Shown here: piece by piece, positions 48,501 through 60,475 of the stretch
How the letters are laid out: each line of letters begins with the position of its first letter
How positions within the stretch are numbered: position 1 is the stretch's first letter
NCBI RefSeq assembly: GCF_006345805.1
Contig: NC_042999.1
Coordinates: 160,580,001-160,644,000 of the forward strand
Direction of reading: 5' to 3'
DNA from: Octopus sinensis
Taxonomy: Eukaryota
Length of the DNA stretch: 64,000 bases
The notes under the pieces: generated by a model
Told to the model about the DNA's origin: nothing
What the model saw: the letters and a program-made list of their open reading frames with translations, nothing else
Databases searched by the model: none
Translations under genes and position numbers: made by a program

Positions 48501-50257
48501 ATTAAGAAAAAATTATAATACAGCTTTTATTGTGACTAGGTGCAAGACTTGTTTTACATAGGAGAAATATATCATTGGTTGATTTTCCACAAGTACATTA
48601 CTGGTATTTATAAAGTGAGCACAGAAGACTGAAAGGCAAAATTGGTTTTCATAAAATCTGAACAGCATAGGTAGAGAAATCTGTAAAGAATTTAGAGTGA
48701 CATTCTACCAAGGCTTGATTGATAGGGTGATAGTATGTTAGAGAATGGTTGAGAGTTCATATTTCGTCACCAGAAATACAATGTTTCACTAGCAAAGATA
48801 TTTAACATTTAAAAGAGTTATCTACTTTACAGTAAATAAGTACCATCACACAGTTTACCACAGGTGTTTGGTTTGTCAAGTTACAAGTCTAGCTTCAGTT
48901 ACAACAATTAATTTAAAGAAGGCAACAGGAAAATAATGCAGTGTATCTTCACTATTCATACAGATTCTAGAGCATATTTGAGAAAAACATCCATCATGCT
49001 GATAGATAAGCATTCACTCCACAACAAATCACTGTTGAATAGTATTTTGTCTGTCTCTTTTATCACAACTAAAATGCTCTGAAATCCTCAACTCCATACT
49101 AACCCCAACAAAAAGTACTCAATACACCACTATTATCCCACTGTGCATGAACAGTGAGCAATCTATCATACAATCGTATTTCTTTCCTCTACAAAATGTA
49201 TAGCAGTTTTTTTTTTAAACTGTCATACATCCATTTTACTATGTTTTTGTTGAAGCGATCATTTTTACTGTTCTTACAACCAATCACTCAACTATTGTAA
49301 AAGAAGTAGATATATTTCTCAGGGGCACAACACTATACTGTAGTAGTAAGGTATGAATTCATGACAAGCAGTTTCTTTGTTCAACAATATAACATCAGAG
49401 CCATGTTTAAATATGAAATATGAATAATTAAACACACAGTAATCAGTTCTATAAGAGAAACATAAATTTCTAAAGAGTATCTATGATTAAAGCCTGTCTA
49501 AGGCTTAAGTTTCTGTATGAAATAAGCAAACAAAATACTCTTTAATCTTGCCAAGAATAAAACTTCTTCAATTTTGATGCCACAATAGGGTAGGGTAAAG
49601 GGTAAAGACTCACTTCAGTCTTGAACGACCATGGGATTGCACCTAGAAAGTTCCCCCTCAGAGGTGTAACAATGGGCAAGGTTGTTTATAGAAGACCAGC
49701 CGCCTCTCTCCAAGCCACAGATGCTATTCAAAGGAAAGGCAAACACTGATACAGCTTGGTACCAGCGATGTTGCAACTCATTTCTACAGCTGAGTGAACT
49801 GGAGCAACGTGAGATAAAGTGTCTTGCTCAAGTACACAATACACAGCTAGGTCCATGAATCAAACTCACTACCTCATGATTGTAAGCTGGACACTCTAAC
49901 CACAAAGCCATATGCCTTCATGCCACAATAACATGGATCCAATACACTCTGTGAAATAGTCGGTGAATGATCAGAGAGAGAGAGAGACAATAGAGGGACA
50001 GAGAATATTTTAGTCTTGCCTACAATATCATAACCTCTCAGTACAATAAAATGTACTCAGTACACTCTAAAATTTAGAGTTTAAATAAGGGTTAGTGACA
50101 GAAAGGGTATCCAGCCACGTAAAATATGACAGAGATGGAACATTGCAGCAAGACATGGCCCCAGACCCACCCAAAAGGACAAAAATAAGAAGTGACTCAG
50201 TCTGTAATGACCTGTCCAAACTTTGCCAGCACCAGCACGGAACAGCAAACTACTGGT

Positions 50258-50283
50258 GATGGTGACAGTGAAGTTGTTGTTGT

Positions 50284-50336
<53 letters not shown>

Positions 50337-50500
50337 TGTCAGTGTTTGTGTAGTTTTACCAAAGACCCTGTCTTTGGGCCTTTAACTAGGAAAGAAAAAC
50401 TCAAGATTGTAGAAGTGGTGGTATGTGGCATGTTGTTGTTGTTGTTGTGGTGGTGGTGGTGGTGGTGGTGGTGGTGGTGGTGGTGGTGGCAGCAGCTGCA
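50258..50500. repeat. Trinucleotide microsatellites (GAT)n, (GTT)n, (GGT)n
   Basis: Direct inspection. Confidence 0.9.
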
Positions 50501-50539
50501 GCGGTTGTTGTCTAAAATTCAATTTTTCTCTCTCTTTAA

Positions 50540-51621
50540 CCCTTTCGTTACCAAACCGCCCAAAGCCGCCCGAAAAAAATTTTGGTTTATGAAACCAAAC
50601 CGCCCAAAGCCGCCCAAATTTACCTATTCATATTTAAATGAGAATATCAGAGCAAATCTCTTTAGTACATTTGTGAAAACACGTATTATACTTCGTAAAC
50701 AGTTCAACTACAGTTTTGTACAATAATCGAAGTGTAATTTTAATTCCGTGAATTTTGGGAGATTTTTTTCCGAAATTTGTTCCTACTATGTTTTCAAAAT
50801 TTGTAATTCTGACAAAAAATGGATACGAATTTCATTATATCAAGCAGCGAGTCAGAATTCGAAGGATTTTCTACTGAAGACCTTCATAAATCTAACTCTA
50901 TGACTGAAAAAAAAAAGCACATGGTATTTGATAATGAATTTGATGTTTCATTTTCCGAAAGTGAAAACAGTGAATCTGAGATCTCCGATAGCGATAAAGA
51001 AAACGAATTGGCACCTGAATGGAGTGAAAATTTAAAAACTGTTTCTTTCGGTGATTTTTCTGCAGAAACTGGACCAAGCCACAGACTTTCCCAGAAGGGT
51101 AAAGCCTTAGGCTATTTCTATTTACTTTTTCGAATAAGCCCATTTGAAATCATTACAGCGAAAACGAACCGTTACACTAAACGTAAACAAAACGAAAGAA
51201 AGGATAGTTTGTTATTTCCCACAACCTTAAATGAAATTAAGGCCTATTTTGCCATAAATATTATTATGGGTATCAGAAAGTTACCCAGAATAACAAATTC
51301 TATTGTAAAATTCTGTTGTATACCCAATTGAATATTAGCTAATATTTTCTATAGCGATGTTTGAACAAAATTTTAATAATTTTATATTTTGTTGAATTTA
51401 CCTGTATCTACCTGCAAATAGAGTCACTTTGTGACAAAAATTATAGTATAGAATTGGTTGAGAATATTTCATTAAATTATCTTCCAAAAATCAGATTAAT
51501 ATATCGATAAATAAAAAAGTTATAGTTGTTTAATGAAACCAGACTAAATTTATGATTACGTTAGAAATTAATTGAAACACATAAGGGGTGTAATTTGGTC
51601 AGAAATATAGTAACGAAAGGG
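50540..51621 (+). mobile_element. Internally deleted piggyBac transposon
   Basis: TTAA|CCCTTTCGTTAC...GTAACGAAAGGG|TTAA; duplicated subterminal ccaaaccgcccaaagccgccc; carries a truncated transposase ORF. Confidence 0.9.
50819..51331 (+). pseudogene. N-terminal fragment of a piggyBac (PGBD4-like) transposase
   Basis: Acidic N-terminus, then GP...ALGYFYLLF...IITAKTNRY...PTTLNEIKAYFAINIIMGIRKLP; catalytic DDD region absent. Confidence 0.8.
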
Positions 51622-51688
51622 TTAATGTCAGATTACGAAAAAGGACATTGCAAGTGAAATGTTATGTAACATCCTTTATTTGAAATAC

Positions 51689-51746
51689 CTGTAATTGTGG
51701 AGGTTTCTGCTACTATCACAGCCATGTGCTCTTTGATTCTTGTCAC
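51689..51746 (-). CDS. ATG2: ATG2 exon 3/13 (58-nt small exon)
   Basis: attccag acceptor, gtattt donor; open frame (C)DKNQRAHGCDSSRNLHNY(R); supplies exactly the phase 1 to 2 bridge needed between flanking exons; sequence poorly conserved. Confidence 0.7.
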
Positions 51747-52499
51747 CTGGAATGATAAAAACATGTAATGTAATGCAAATAAGGTCTTATAACTCACCGG
51801 GTCATAGGTCACTCACTCAAAACACTTAGTGCAGTGATTCAAGTTACATCAATAAGTCATGTGGACCCCCCCCCACCCTCATCCCACATGGAGAGGATTT
51901 TGTACTCACCAGCATTACAAGTAAGTGAAACACTCATAAATCATACAGTACACCTGCTGGATACAGTGAAACTTGTGATGCTTTATAGATATAGTGACAC
52001 AGTCATTTGACAGTTAAGTATATTGAAGTATTATACTTCGACTAAAGGCAGTGCTCCAGCATGGCCGCAGTCAAATGACTGAAACAAGTAAAAAAAAAAA
52101 AAGTGAAAACTAATTAATGCCAACTTAAGGTAGGTGCTATGAGTACTGCAATACTGGAGAGTCCAGGATTAGAGCCCATGGGTCCGTGAATAATATATAA
52201 TCATCATCTCCATTATTTTTACATCTATTTTAGGATGCTGGTGTGGGTTAGTTGAGACTTATTGAGGCAGCATTTTATGGCCAGATGGTCTCACTGTCAC
52301 CAACCTTTATTTTTTCCATGAAAGGTATCTTTTTTTTATAGTGCTGGTTTTCACATAAAAAAACCCATTCATCTATGGGACATGTTTACAGGAGATGAGA
52401 AGAAATTTCACTATTTTGTTTCAAACAGTATCGATGTGAAGACATACAGAGACAAATACATACACATGCACACAACGTGTGAGCGTGAGCAAAGAGGAT

Positions 52500-53323
52500 T
52501 GGCCTGCAAGAGCCCTGTGCTGGTGCCCCATGAAAAGCACTTGTGCTAGAACTGCATGAAACCGTGACACCGCCATATTAAGAATCACCCAGCATACACT
52601 GCAAAGTGGTTGGCATTACGAAGGGCATCCAACCAGACAAACCAAGCCAAATCAAACTGGAATCTGAAGCACCTCTTTGAATTGCTAGCTCTGGTCAAAC
52701 CCTCCAACCCAGGCCAGCATGGAAAACGGACATTACAGGATGATGATGATGTGGTTGTATGTATGTCTGTGTAATTACATTCATTCATGTTTGTATGTTC
52801 ACTTCTGCATTACAAATTTACCTCAAAGTACCCTGGATCCTAGAACGTTCCGCTGTGCTTGAGGAGACCTGTTGAGTCAAGTACATGAACATGAACATCG
52901 AAATAAATATCAATGGAAATAGTAGTTGTGATACCTGTGCCGGTGGCACATAAAAAGCACCATCCGAACGTGGCCGTAGCCAGCGCCGCTTCGACTGGCT
53001 TCTGCGCCGGTAGCACATAAAAAGCACCATCCGAACGTGGCCGTTGCCAGCGCCGCCTTGGCTGGCTTCCATGCCGGTGGCACGTTAAAAGCTCCAACCG
53101 ATCGTGGCTGATGCCGGACCCCCCTGGCACATGTGCAAGTGGCACGTAAAAAGCACCCACTACACTCGCGGAGTGGTTGGCATTAGGAAGGGCATCCAGC
53201 TGTAGAAACTCTGCCAGATCAGACTGGAGCCTGGTGCAGCCCCTGGCTTCCCAGACCCAGGTCGAACCGTCCAACCCGTGCTAGCGCGGAAAACGGACGT
53301 TAAAAGATGATGATGATGATGAT
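52500..53323 (+). mobile_element. Two consecutive RTE 3' tails (older about 52500-52752, younger about 52838-53323)
   Basis: Family signature twice, each ending in (gat)n. Confidence 0.75.
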
Positions 53324-53429
53324 ATTTATTAATTTCTTGTTTGTTCGTTCATATTCTGTTGTGTTTTGGTCCCATTTCCCAGCAGCTTCTTTGTTGCCAG
53401 TACCACCTGAAGGGAAGCAATATTATCAT

Positions 53430-53990
53430 AAGGCTAGGTGGCGAGCTGGCAGAAATGTTAGCACACCGGGCGAAACGCTTAGTGGTATTTTGTCTGCCGT
53501 TACGTTGTGAGTTCAAATTCCACCGAGGTCGACTTTGCCTTTCATTCTTTCGGGGTCGATAAATTAAGTACCAGTTACGCACTGGGGTCGATGTAATTGA
53601 CTTAATACCTATGTCTGTCCTTGTTTGTCCCCTCTATGTTTAGCCCCTTGTGGGTAATAAAGAAATGGGTATTTCATCTGTCTTTACGTTTTGAGTTCAA
53701 ATTCCGCCAAGGTCGACTTTGCCTTTCATTCTTTCGGGGTCGATAAATTAAGTACCAGTTAAGCACTGGGGTCGATATAATCGACTTAATACCTATGTCT
53801 GTCCATGTTTGTCCCCTCTATGTTTAGCCCCTTGTGGGTAATAAAGAAATAGGTATTTTGTCTGTCTTTACGTTCAGAGTTCAAATTCTGCCATGGCCAA
53901 CTTTGCCTTTCATCCTTTCAGAGTCGATACATTAAATACCAGTTGTGTACTGGGGTTGATCTAATCGATTGACCCCCTCCCCAAACATTT
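53430..53990 (+). mobile_element. SINE family C head-to-tail trimer
   Basis: One full copy plus two copies starting mid-head (period about 184 bp). Confidence 0.8.
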
Positions 53991-54475
53991 TGGGCCTTGT
54001 GCCTAGAGTAGAAAAGGCTATTATCATAAGGTGCAAAATTGCGTTTGACTATCTTGCTGATAACTGATGAGGATGTGGTGACCATCTGTGTCTATTTTCC
54101 ATTTGTTTGTGCATTTATTATATGTTTTCTTAACTTATATTTAGATATTTAGATATTTATTTATATGACAGACTTCCATATGTTTCTCACCTACAAATTT
54201 TACTTACAACGCATTAGTTTGCCATGGCTATAGTAGAAGAATTTGCTCAAGGTGCTATATAGCAGGACAGAACTTGAAACCATGTGGTTATGAAATGAAG
54301 TTTGCAACCACAGGATAATTAAAAGGTTTGCCAGCCTTCACCATATAATTCTGTCTTGTTCAGTATAACTCCAGAGCATAAATGAGCACCTAAAGATGAC
54401 CCTGAAACTAACTGTATTGTAAGATAGATTTGTGGGAAGATTTAAACTCAACTTTGTGAATTAATGAAAACATAC

Positions 54476-54825
54476 TTGTTTACCAACCACATGGTTCCGG
54501 GTTCAGTCCCACTGCGTGGCACCTTGGGCAAGTGTCTTCTACTATAGCCTCGGGCCGACCAAAGCCTTGTGAGTGGATTTGGTAGGCGGAAACTGAAAGA
54601 AGCCCGTCGTGTATATGTATATATATGTATGCGTGTGTGTTTTTGTCCCCCTAGCATTGCTTGACAACCGATTCTGGTGTGTTTACGTCCCCGTCACTTA
54701 GCGGTTTGGCAAAAGAGACCGATAGAATAAGTACTGGGCTTACGGGGTCGATTTGCTTGACTAAAGGCGGTGCTCCAGCATGGCCGCAGTCAAATGACTG
54801 AAACAAGTAAAAGAGTAAAAGAGTA
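54476..54825 (+). mobile_element. SINE family B, 5'-clipped
   Basis: Match to family. Confidence 0.8.
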
Positions 54826-54920
54826 TACTTGATCTTTACCATTTCAGCTACTCTAACACTCATGCTAGTACCTCCTTCACAATCAGTCGAAGAAATATGG
54901 CATTTTTCTATTCTCTTTCT

Positions 54921-55535
54921 TTTATCTTTTACTTGTTTTAGACAGATTGCGGCCATGCTGGGGCACCACTTAGAAGAATTTTTAGTCAAATGAATTGACC
55001 CAAGTACTTATTCTATATTAAGCCTGGTACTTATTCTATTGGTCTCTTTTGCTGAACCACTAAGTTACAGGGACACACACACAAACACTGGTTGTCAAGC
55101 AGTGGGGAGGGGGAACACAAATACAAAGACACACACACACACAATGGGTTTCTTTCAGTTTCCAAATTGCCAAATTCATTCACAAGGCTTGGTCAATCCA
55201 AGACTATACTAGAAGACAGAAATGAGCTGGCAGAAACGTTAGCACGCCGGGCGAAATGCATAGCCATATTTCGTCTGCTGTTACGTTCTGAGTTCAAATT
55301 CTGCTGAGGTCGACTTTGCCTTTCATCCATTCGGGGTGGATAAATTAAGTACCAGTTATGCACTGGGGTCGATGTAATCGACTTAATACGTTTGTCTGTC
55401 CTTGTTTGTCCTCTCTATGTTTAGCCCCTTGTGGGTAGTGAAGAAATATATACTAGAAGACACTTGCCCAAGGTGCCACACAGTGGGACTGAACCCAGAA
55501 CCATGTGATTGGAAAGCAAGCTTCTTACCACACAA
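54921..55535 (-). mobile_element. Older SINE B copy split by a family C insertion
   Basis: Body resumes at 55449 after the nested element; atactagaagac occurs on both sides of the insert. Confidence 0.65.
55224..55448 (+). mobile_element. SINE family C nested in SINE B
   Basis: Full-length match. Confidence 0.8.
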
Positions 55536-55785
55536 CCCTATTTTGCCTCTCGTATACCTTTTTTTTTCAAAACCCCATCACTGATTTATTAGCCAGAAAC
55601 TGTTCTCACAGTATTTAAAGCTGAGACAGCAAAATACTCAACCAATTCCATACAAACACATCTTCTTTAACCACTCATCTTTGTTTCCTTTCAATTTCAA
55701 GCCCACTTTTCATTAATTCTAAAAGGATTACAAGGTGTAATTAATAGGTTGCAGACTTGTCATTTTATCTTTTGCATTGATTTAA

Positions 55786-56006
55786 CCCTTTACTGTTAGC
55801 ATTATTCTACCAAAATTAATGCTTTTTCATCAACTTTGTTTTGAACTAATCAGGCATTATCTTGTAGCTATGAGATTTTGATGAGGTAACTGTTAATTTT
55901 TAAAACGATATTGTGGGGTAGGTGTGAGAGACCAGATCTGGCCAGTTTGAACATAAAACAGGCAGAATACTTTTGGCCGGATATGGCTGGTTTAAATACT
56001 AAAGGG
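55786..56006. mobile_element. piggyBac-type MITE, second family
   Basis: TTAA|CCCTTTA...TAAAGGG|TTAA. Confidence 0.75.
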
Positions 56007-56058
56007 TTAATCACATAAGAAATGTAATTTATGTAAAAAGAAAGGGAAAAATACTTAC

Positions 56059-56266
56059 AATTTCTTTTAGCAGGGCCAAAATCTGAACCAGCATACATAT
56101 ACCAGTGAATAGACATTTCTTTTAAAGTGTAGCGTGTTTCTGGAACAGGGAAGTGTTCGGGTGACTTGAGAGCATCTGTTCTTCCAAGGGGTTGATAGAA
56201 AAAGTTTTCCTTTAACGTTAATGGCTCTTTTATGTGAACTTTGATCTCTGGTCGGTTATCTCGAGG
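56059..56266 (-). CDS. ATG2: ATG2 exon 2/13
   Basis: tttcaaag acceptor, gtaagt donor; PRDNRPEIKVHIKEPLTLKENFFYQPLGRTDALKSPEHFPVPETRYTLKEMSIHWYMYAGSDFGPAKRN aligns with ATG2 PRDGEP...TDLLRAPAHFPVP...WHLYGGRDFG; 208 nt, phase 0 to 1. Confidence 0.93.
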
Positions 56267-56344
56267 CTTTGAAATGACAATGCAACAAAATTTTTAAATG
56301 AAAATATCATTACAAAATATACTCTACAATATTTTTTTTTTACA

Positions 56345-56744
56345 TCTATATATATAAAAGTGAGGTTGTGTGCTGTCTGTCTCCTACGATTTAGATTCCT
56401 AACTACTCCCACATTTTGCGGTGCAGTTTAACCAAAACCGGTAATCTTATAGTCGTGATTCATATCGAGCCCTTCTGGGTATTAGCGCGTGTCTATGATG
56501 AGTCTACGATTTAAAAAAAAATTTACCATCAATTTTTCCCATTTTTAATGCATTTTTGGCATATATAAGGGAAGTAACTCTCTAAAAATTTATTATTAAA
56601 TCTCAGAACGTAAAAAGCTACAGTAACCCCCCCCCCCCCTTTGTGGTTAGCCATATTGAGATGGCTATTATACTTTACATCTCTAAAAATGCTTATATAG
56701 TTATCTCCCTTACAAACCCGAGCAACGCCGGGCGATACTGCTAG
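56345..56744 (+). mobile_element. Non-autonomous Helitron, copy 5
   Basis: A|TC...CTAG|T; about 80 nt from the acceptor of ATG2 exon 2. Confidence 0.85.
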
Positions 56745-56974
56745 TTACATATAATGGGATTTAGTCATAAAAAATTGTGTACATGTATCTGTGCTTATAT
56801 GGTAGTTTCAAGTTGGGATGAAACCGTTTCCAATGAGATGAGACAAACATTTCAAGTAAGTTACATTCTATTACATGAAGTCTCTTAGGGAAAGTTTTTC
56901 TTGAACATTGGCAGCATTTGGTTCTTTTTTTCCACCACCAATGTTTTCTTTGTACACCTTTAGCCTACATCATC

Positions 56975-57500
56975 AACACCTCGCTTACCTGCTATCACCC
57001 TGAATGCCCTCATATATCTACCACAATTCCTACCTCTGATTCTCTCTTGTATTTCTCTCCATCATTTGCTAGTCACTTCATCCTGTCCACTCACCCAACC
57101 CAAGCCTCACCTACTCTCACCACCCCCAATGTCCCTCAAGGGTATGTTCCAACACACTTTTGTCATCATCCATCTCTCTCACTATCACTCTCTTTACTCT
57201 CCTATTCACTGTTTTCCAACTGGGGTATCCATGTATCTATTCAGGTTACACACCTATATTTGTTCCTTCTACACCTTGAATTTCCCAACTCGCACAAAGT
57301 CACACCCCGCAATACCACTCCATCCTCCACCAACATAGTAGGTTATCCTGTTGGTACTGGTCCCACATAAAATGCACGGGTGCTGGTGCCACATAAACAG
57401 ACAATGGAACTTGGTGTAGCTCTCAGCCTTGCCAGCTCCTGTCAAACCATCCAACCCATGACAGCAAGGAAAATGGGGGTTATACGATGTTGATGATGAT
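56975..57500 (+). mobile_element. Older RTE 3'UTR copy
   Basis: Pyrimidine-rich body shared with 28160-28400, diverged tail. Confidence 0.55.
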
Positions 57501-57560
57501 ATGCATATATTATACTATATTATATCATATCATACATACATACATACATACATACATACA

Positions 57561-57954
57561 TCTTTATATATAAAAGTGAAGTTGTGTGTCTGTCTCCTAC
57601 GATTTAGATTCCTAACTACTCCTACATTTTGCGGTGCAGTGTAACCAAAAGTGGGTATCTTATAGTCGTGATTCATATCGAGCCCTTCTGGGTATTAGCG
57701 CTCGTCTACAATGAGTCTACGATTTAAAAAAAATTTACCATCATTTTTTCCCATTTTTAATGCATTTTTTTGCTATTATATAAGGGAAGTAACTCTCTAA
57801 AAATGTATTATTAAATCTCAGAACGTAAAAAGCTACAGTAACACCCCCCTTTGTGGTTAGCCATATTGAGATGGCTATTATACTTTACATCTCTAAAAAT
57901 GCTTATATAGTTATTTCCCTTACAAACCCGAGCAACGCCGGGCGATACTGCTAG
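57561..57954 (+). mobile_element. Non-autonomous Helitron, copy 6
   Basis: A|TC...CTAG|T. Confidence 0.85.
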
Positions 57955-58332
57955 TATATATACACACACACATTAAATTTCAGATTAATGGATATCTAGA
58001 GATGATTAATACAACAAGTATATTTTAAACGTCATTCAGATGACATTTAACTGATTAAGAGTAACAACTGGCATTCAATAAAGCTGTCAGTTTACCTCTG
58101 CTATTCATTGTAGGTATTGATGGGATAGTCAGAATAAACAATCAAGCACAACAGGAAAGTAAGGAAACCCTAGAAATCAAACTGAAGATCTAGATTTTTC
58201 AACAGATACCTTTAAAGGTCACACATAAGTTTCCAAGGTATTTTTTTTTTTCATTTCATCTAGTTTCAGCTCACAAGCTGTGGCCATGCTGGGGCACTGC
58301 TATCCTGTTTGTATAGATCTCTAATCTTTTTT

Positions 58333-58643
58333 CGGCACGTAAAAAAACACCATCCGAGTGTGACCGTTCGCCAGCCTCGTCTGGCACCTGTGTCGGTGGC
58401 ACATAAAAAACACCATCCAAGTGTGGCCGTTCGCCAGCCTCGTCTGGCACCTGTGTCGGTGGCACATAAAAAGCACCCACTACACTCACGGAGTGGTTGG
58501 CGTTAGGAAGGGCATCCAGCTGTAGAAACACTGTCAGATCAGACTGGGCCTGGTGCAGCCGTCTGGCTTCCCAGACCCCAGTTGAACCGTCCAACCCATG
58601 CTAGCATGGAAAGCGGACGTTAAACGATGATGATGATGATGAT
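58333..58643 (+). mobile_element. RTE 3' tail
   Basis: Family signature. Confidence 0.8.
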
Positions 58644-59664
58644 ATATATGTGTATGTATGTATATGTATGTATGTGTGCGGTGGGATGGGGGGTGTTCAT
58701 TCCTTGCTTTATTCTCTAAATTAATGTTCCATTTTTGGTTTGTTTGATTGTTTATTTATTTATAAACAATCTACGAAATTTGCCAGAAAATTATTGGGTG
58801 CCATAGAATTATGGTGCCTGTGATGTCCGTAAGAAACATTATCAGTTATTGTATTCTTGCTGAGGGAATTTGGTGCTGCTAAAATCTGCTGCTGTTTATT
58901 GTGGTAGACTTGATATGTATTTTCTAAATGATGGCTACGATCTGTGGAACGGATGTAACATTGGGCTTCCTCCAGTTTCTTTTCTTGTTCAGCCAGTTTT
59001 TCTCCTAATTCATAATTTGTCTGTTTTAAACTATAATTTTCTTTAATTAGTCACTTGATTTCCTCTCCCAAAATTCGGTATATATTTCATTTATCAGGAA
59101 TAATACAAAAAAACTGGAGCCTTAGTCTATTGACTAAATCTTTGAATATTTTAGATTTTAGTGTTTGTGGATTGTCATGTGTGTTGCATTTATTTTTACT
59201 TGTACTTCAGCCATAATTAAAATAATCGGAATATGAGTGATGGTAAAAAGAATGACACAAGAACACAAGATGTCAAATTTTGGTAAAAGTCAGGGAACTT
59301 GAGTTTGCTTTCAGGTTATATCTATAGAATTGTTTCATTGGATAGCTTTCACAAAACAATGCTCAGCACATACACTAAACTTCATACATCTTTTTTTCCT
59401 TTTATGAATGTGACTTAAAAAATCATTTTGATGATATTGCATCAGAAGGCAAAAGCAGATTTTGAGATGTAGGCTAAAGGTGTACAAAGAAAACACAGGT
59501 GGTGGAAAAAAAGAATCAAATGCTGCCAATGCCAAAGAAAAGCTTTCCCTAAGAAACTTCCTGTGATAGAATGTAACTAATTTGAAGTGTTAGTCTCACC
59601 TCACTGGAAACAGTTTCATCCCATCTTGAAACTATCTTGAAGAAAGAGAAATAACTTACAATTA

Positions 59665-60150
59665 TCAAGCACAGGGTCGAAACACCATTTCGACCCTGTG
59701 CTTGAGGAGATCCATTGAGTCAAGTACACCAACATCAAAATTAATGGAAACTGCAGATGTGATCCCTGTGCCGGTGGCACGTAAAAAGCACCATCTGAAC
59801 GTGGCCGATGCCAGCGCCGCCTAGACTGGCTTCCGTGCCGGTGGCACTTAAAAAGCACTATCCGAATCGTGGCCGATGCCAGAGCCGCCTTGACTGGCTT
59901 CCGTGCTAGTGGCACGTAAAATGCACCAATCCGATCGTAGCCGTTGCCAGCCTCGCCTGGCACCTGTACAGGTGGCACGTAAAAAGCACTCACTACACTC
60001 ACGGAGTGGTTGGCGTTAGGAAGGGCATCCAGCTGTAGAAACACTGCCAGATCAGACTGGAGCCTGGTGCAGCCTTCTGGCTTCCCAGATCCCCGGTCGA
60101 ACCGTCCAACCCATGCTAGCATGGAAAGCGGACGCTAAACGATGATGATC
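59665..60150 (+). mobile_element. RTE 3' tail with a snap-back hairpin at its 5' junction
   Basis: Family signature; 18-bp perfect hairpin at 59665-59705. Confidence 0.8.
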
Positions 60151-60281
60151 ATCATCATGATAAAGCTAGCAAAATATTTACTATTTAAATTTGAAGTTTC
60201 AGATAAACAGCTGGACAGAACCACAGAATTTTTATGAAATTTTATTAAATGGTGCTAATATTAATCTTACTGGATAATTAA

Positions 60282-60475
60282 CCCTTTAGCATTTAAACCT
60301 GCCATATCCAACCAAAATATTTCAACTGACCTCTTACATCAACTGTACGATGTCATTCCAAAACTAAACAATCATATCATTGAAATTTCAAAGCTATGAG
60401 ATAATACAAAATTAATTCAAAACAATGTGAATGAATAAGGATTTCATTTGACAGAGTAATCTGAATGCTAAAGGG
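60282..60475. mobile_element. piggyBac-type MITE, second family, opposite orientation
   Basis: TTAA|CCCTTTAGCATT...AATGCTAAAGGG. Confidence 0.7.

Noticed and set aside
50223-50726. 167-aa ORF with poly-Met and poly-Trp
   Set aside because: Produced by (GAT)n and (GGT)n microsatellites running into a piggyBac end
50819-51331. Domesticated piggyBac fusion exon of ATG2 (CSB-PGBD3-like)
   Set aside because: The ORF is antisense to ATG2, lacks the catalytic domain and sits within intact TIRs
51910-51953. Possible 44-nt poison exon (cagcag acceptor, CTG|GTGAGT donor) upstream of the 58-nt exon
   Set aside because: Only splice-consensus matches support it; such matches arise by chance and it needs junction reads
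54064-54090. CTGATGA followed by a GATG/CATC stem
   Set aside because: No GAAA after the stem and no stem I or III; a chance match
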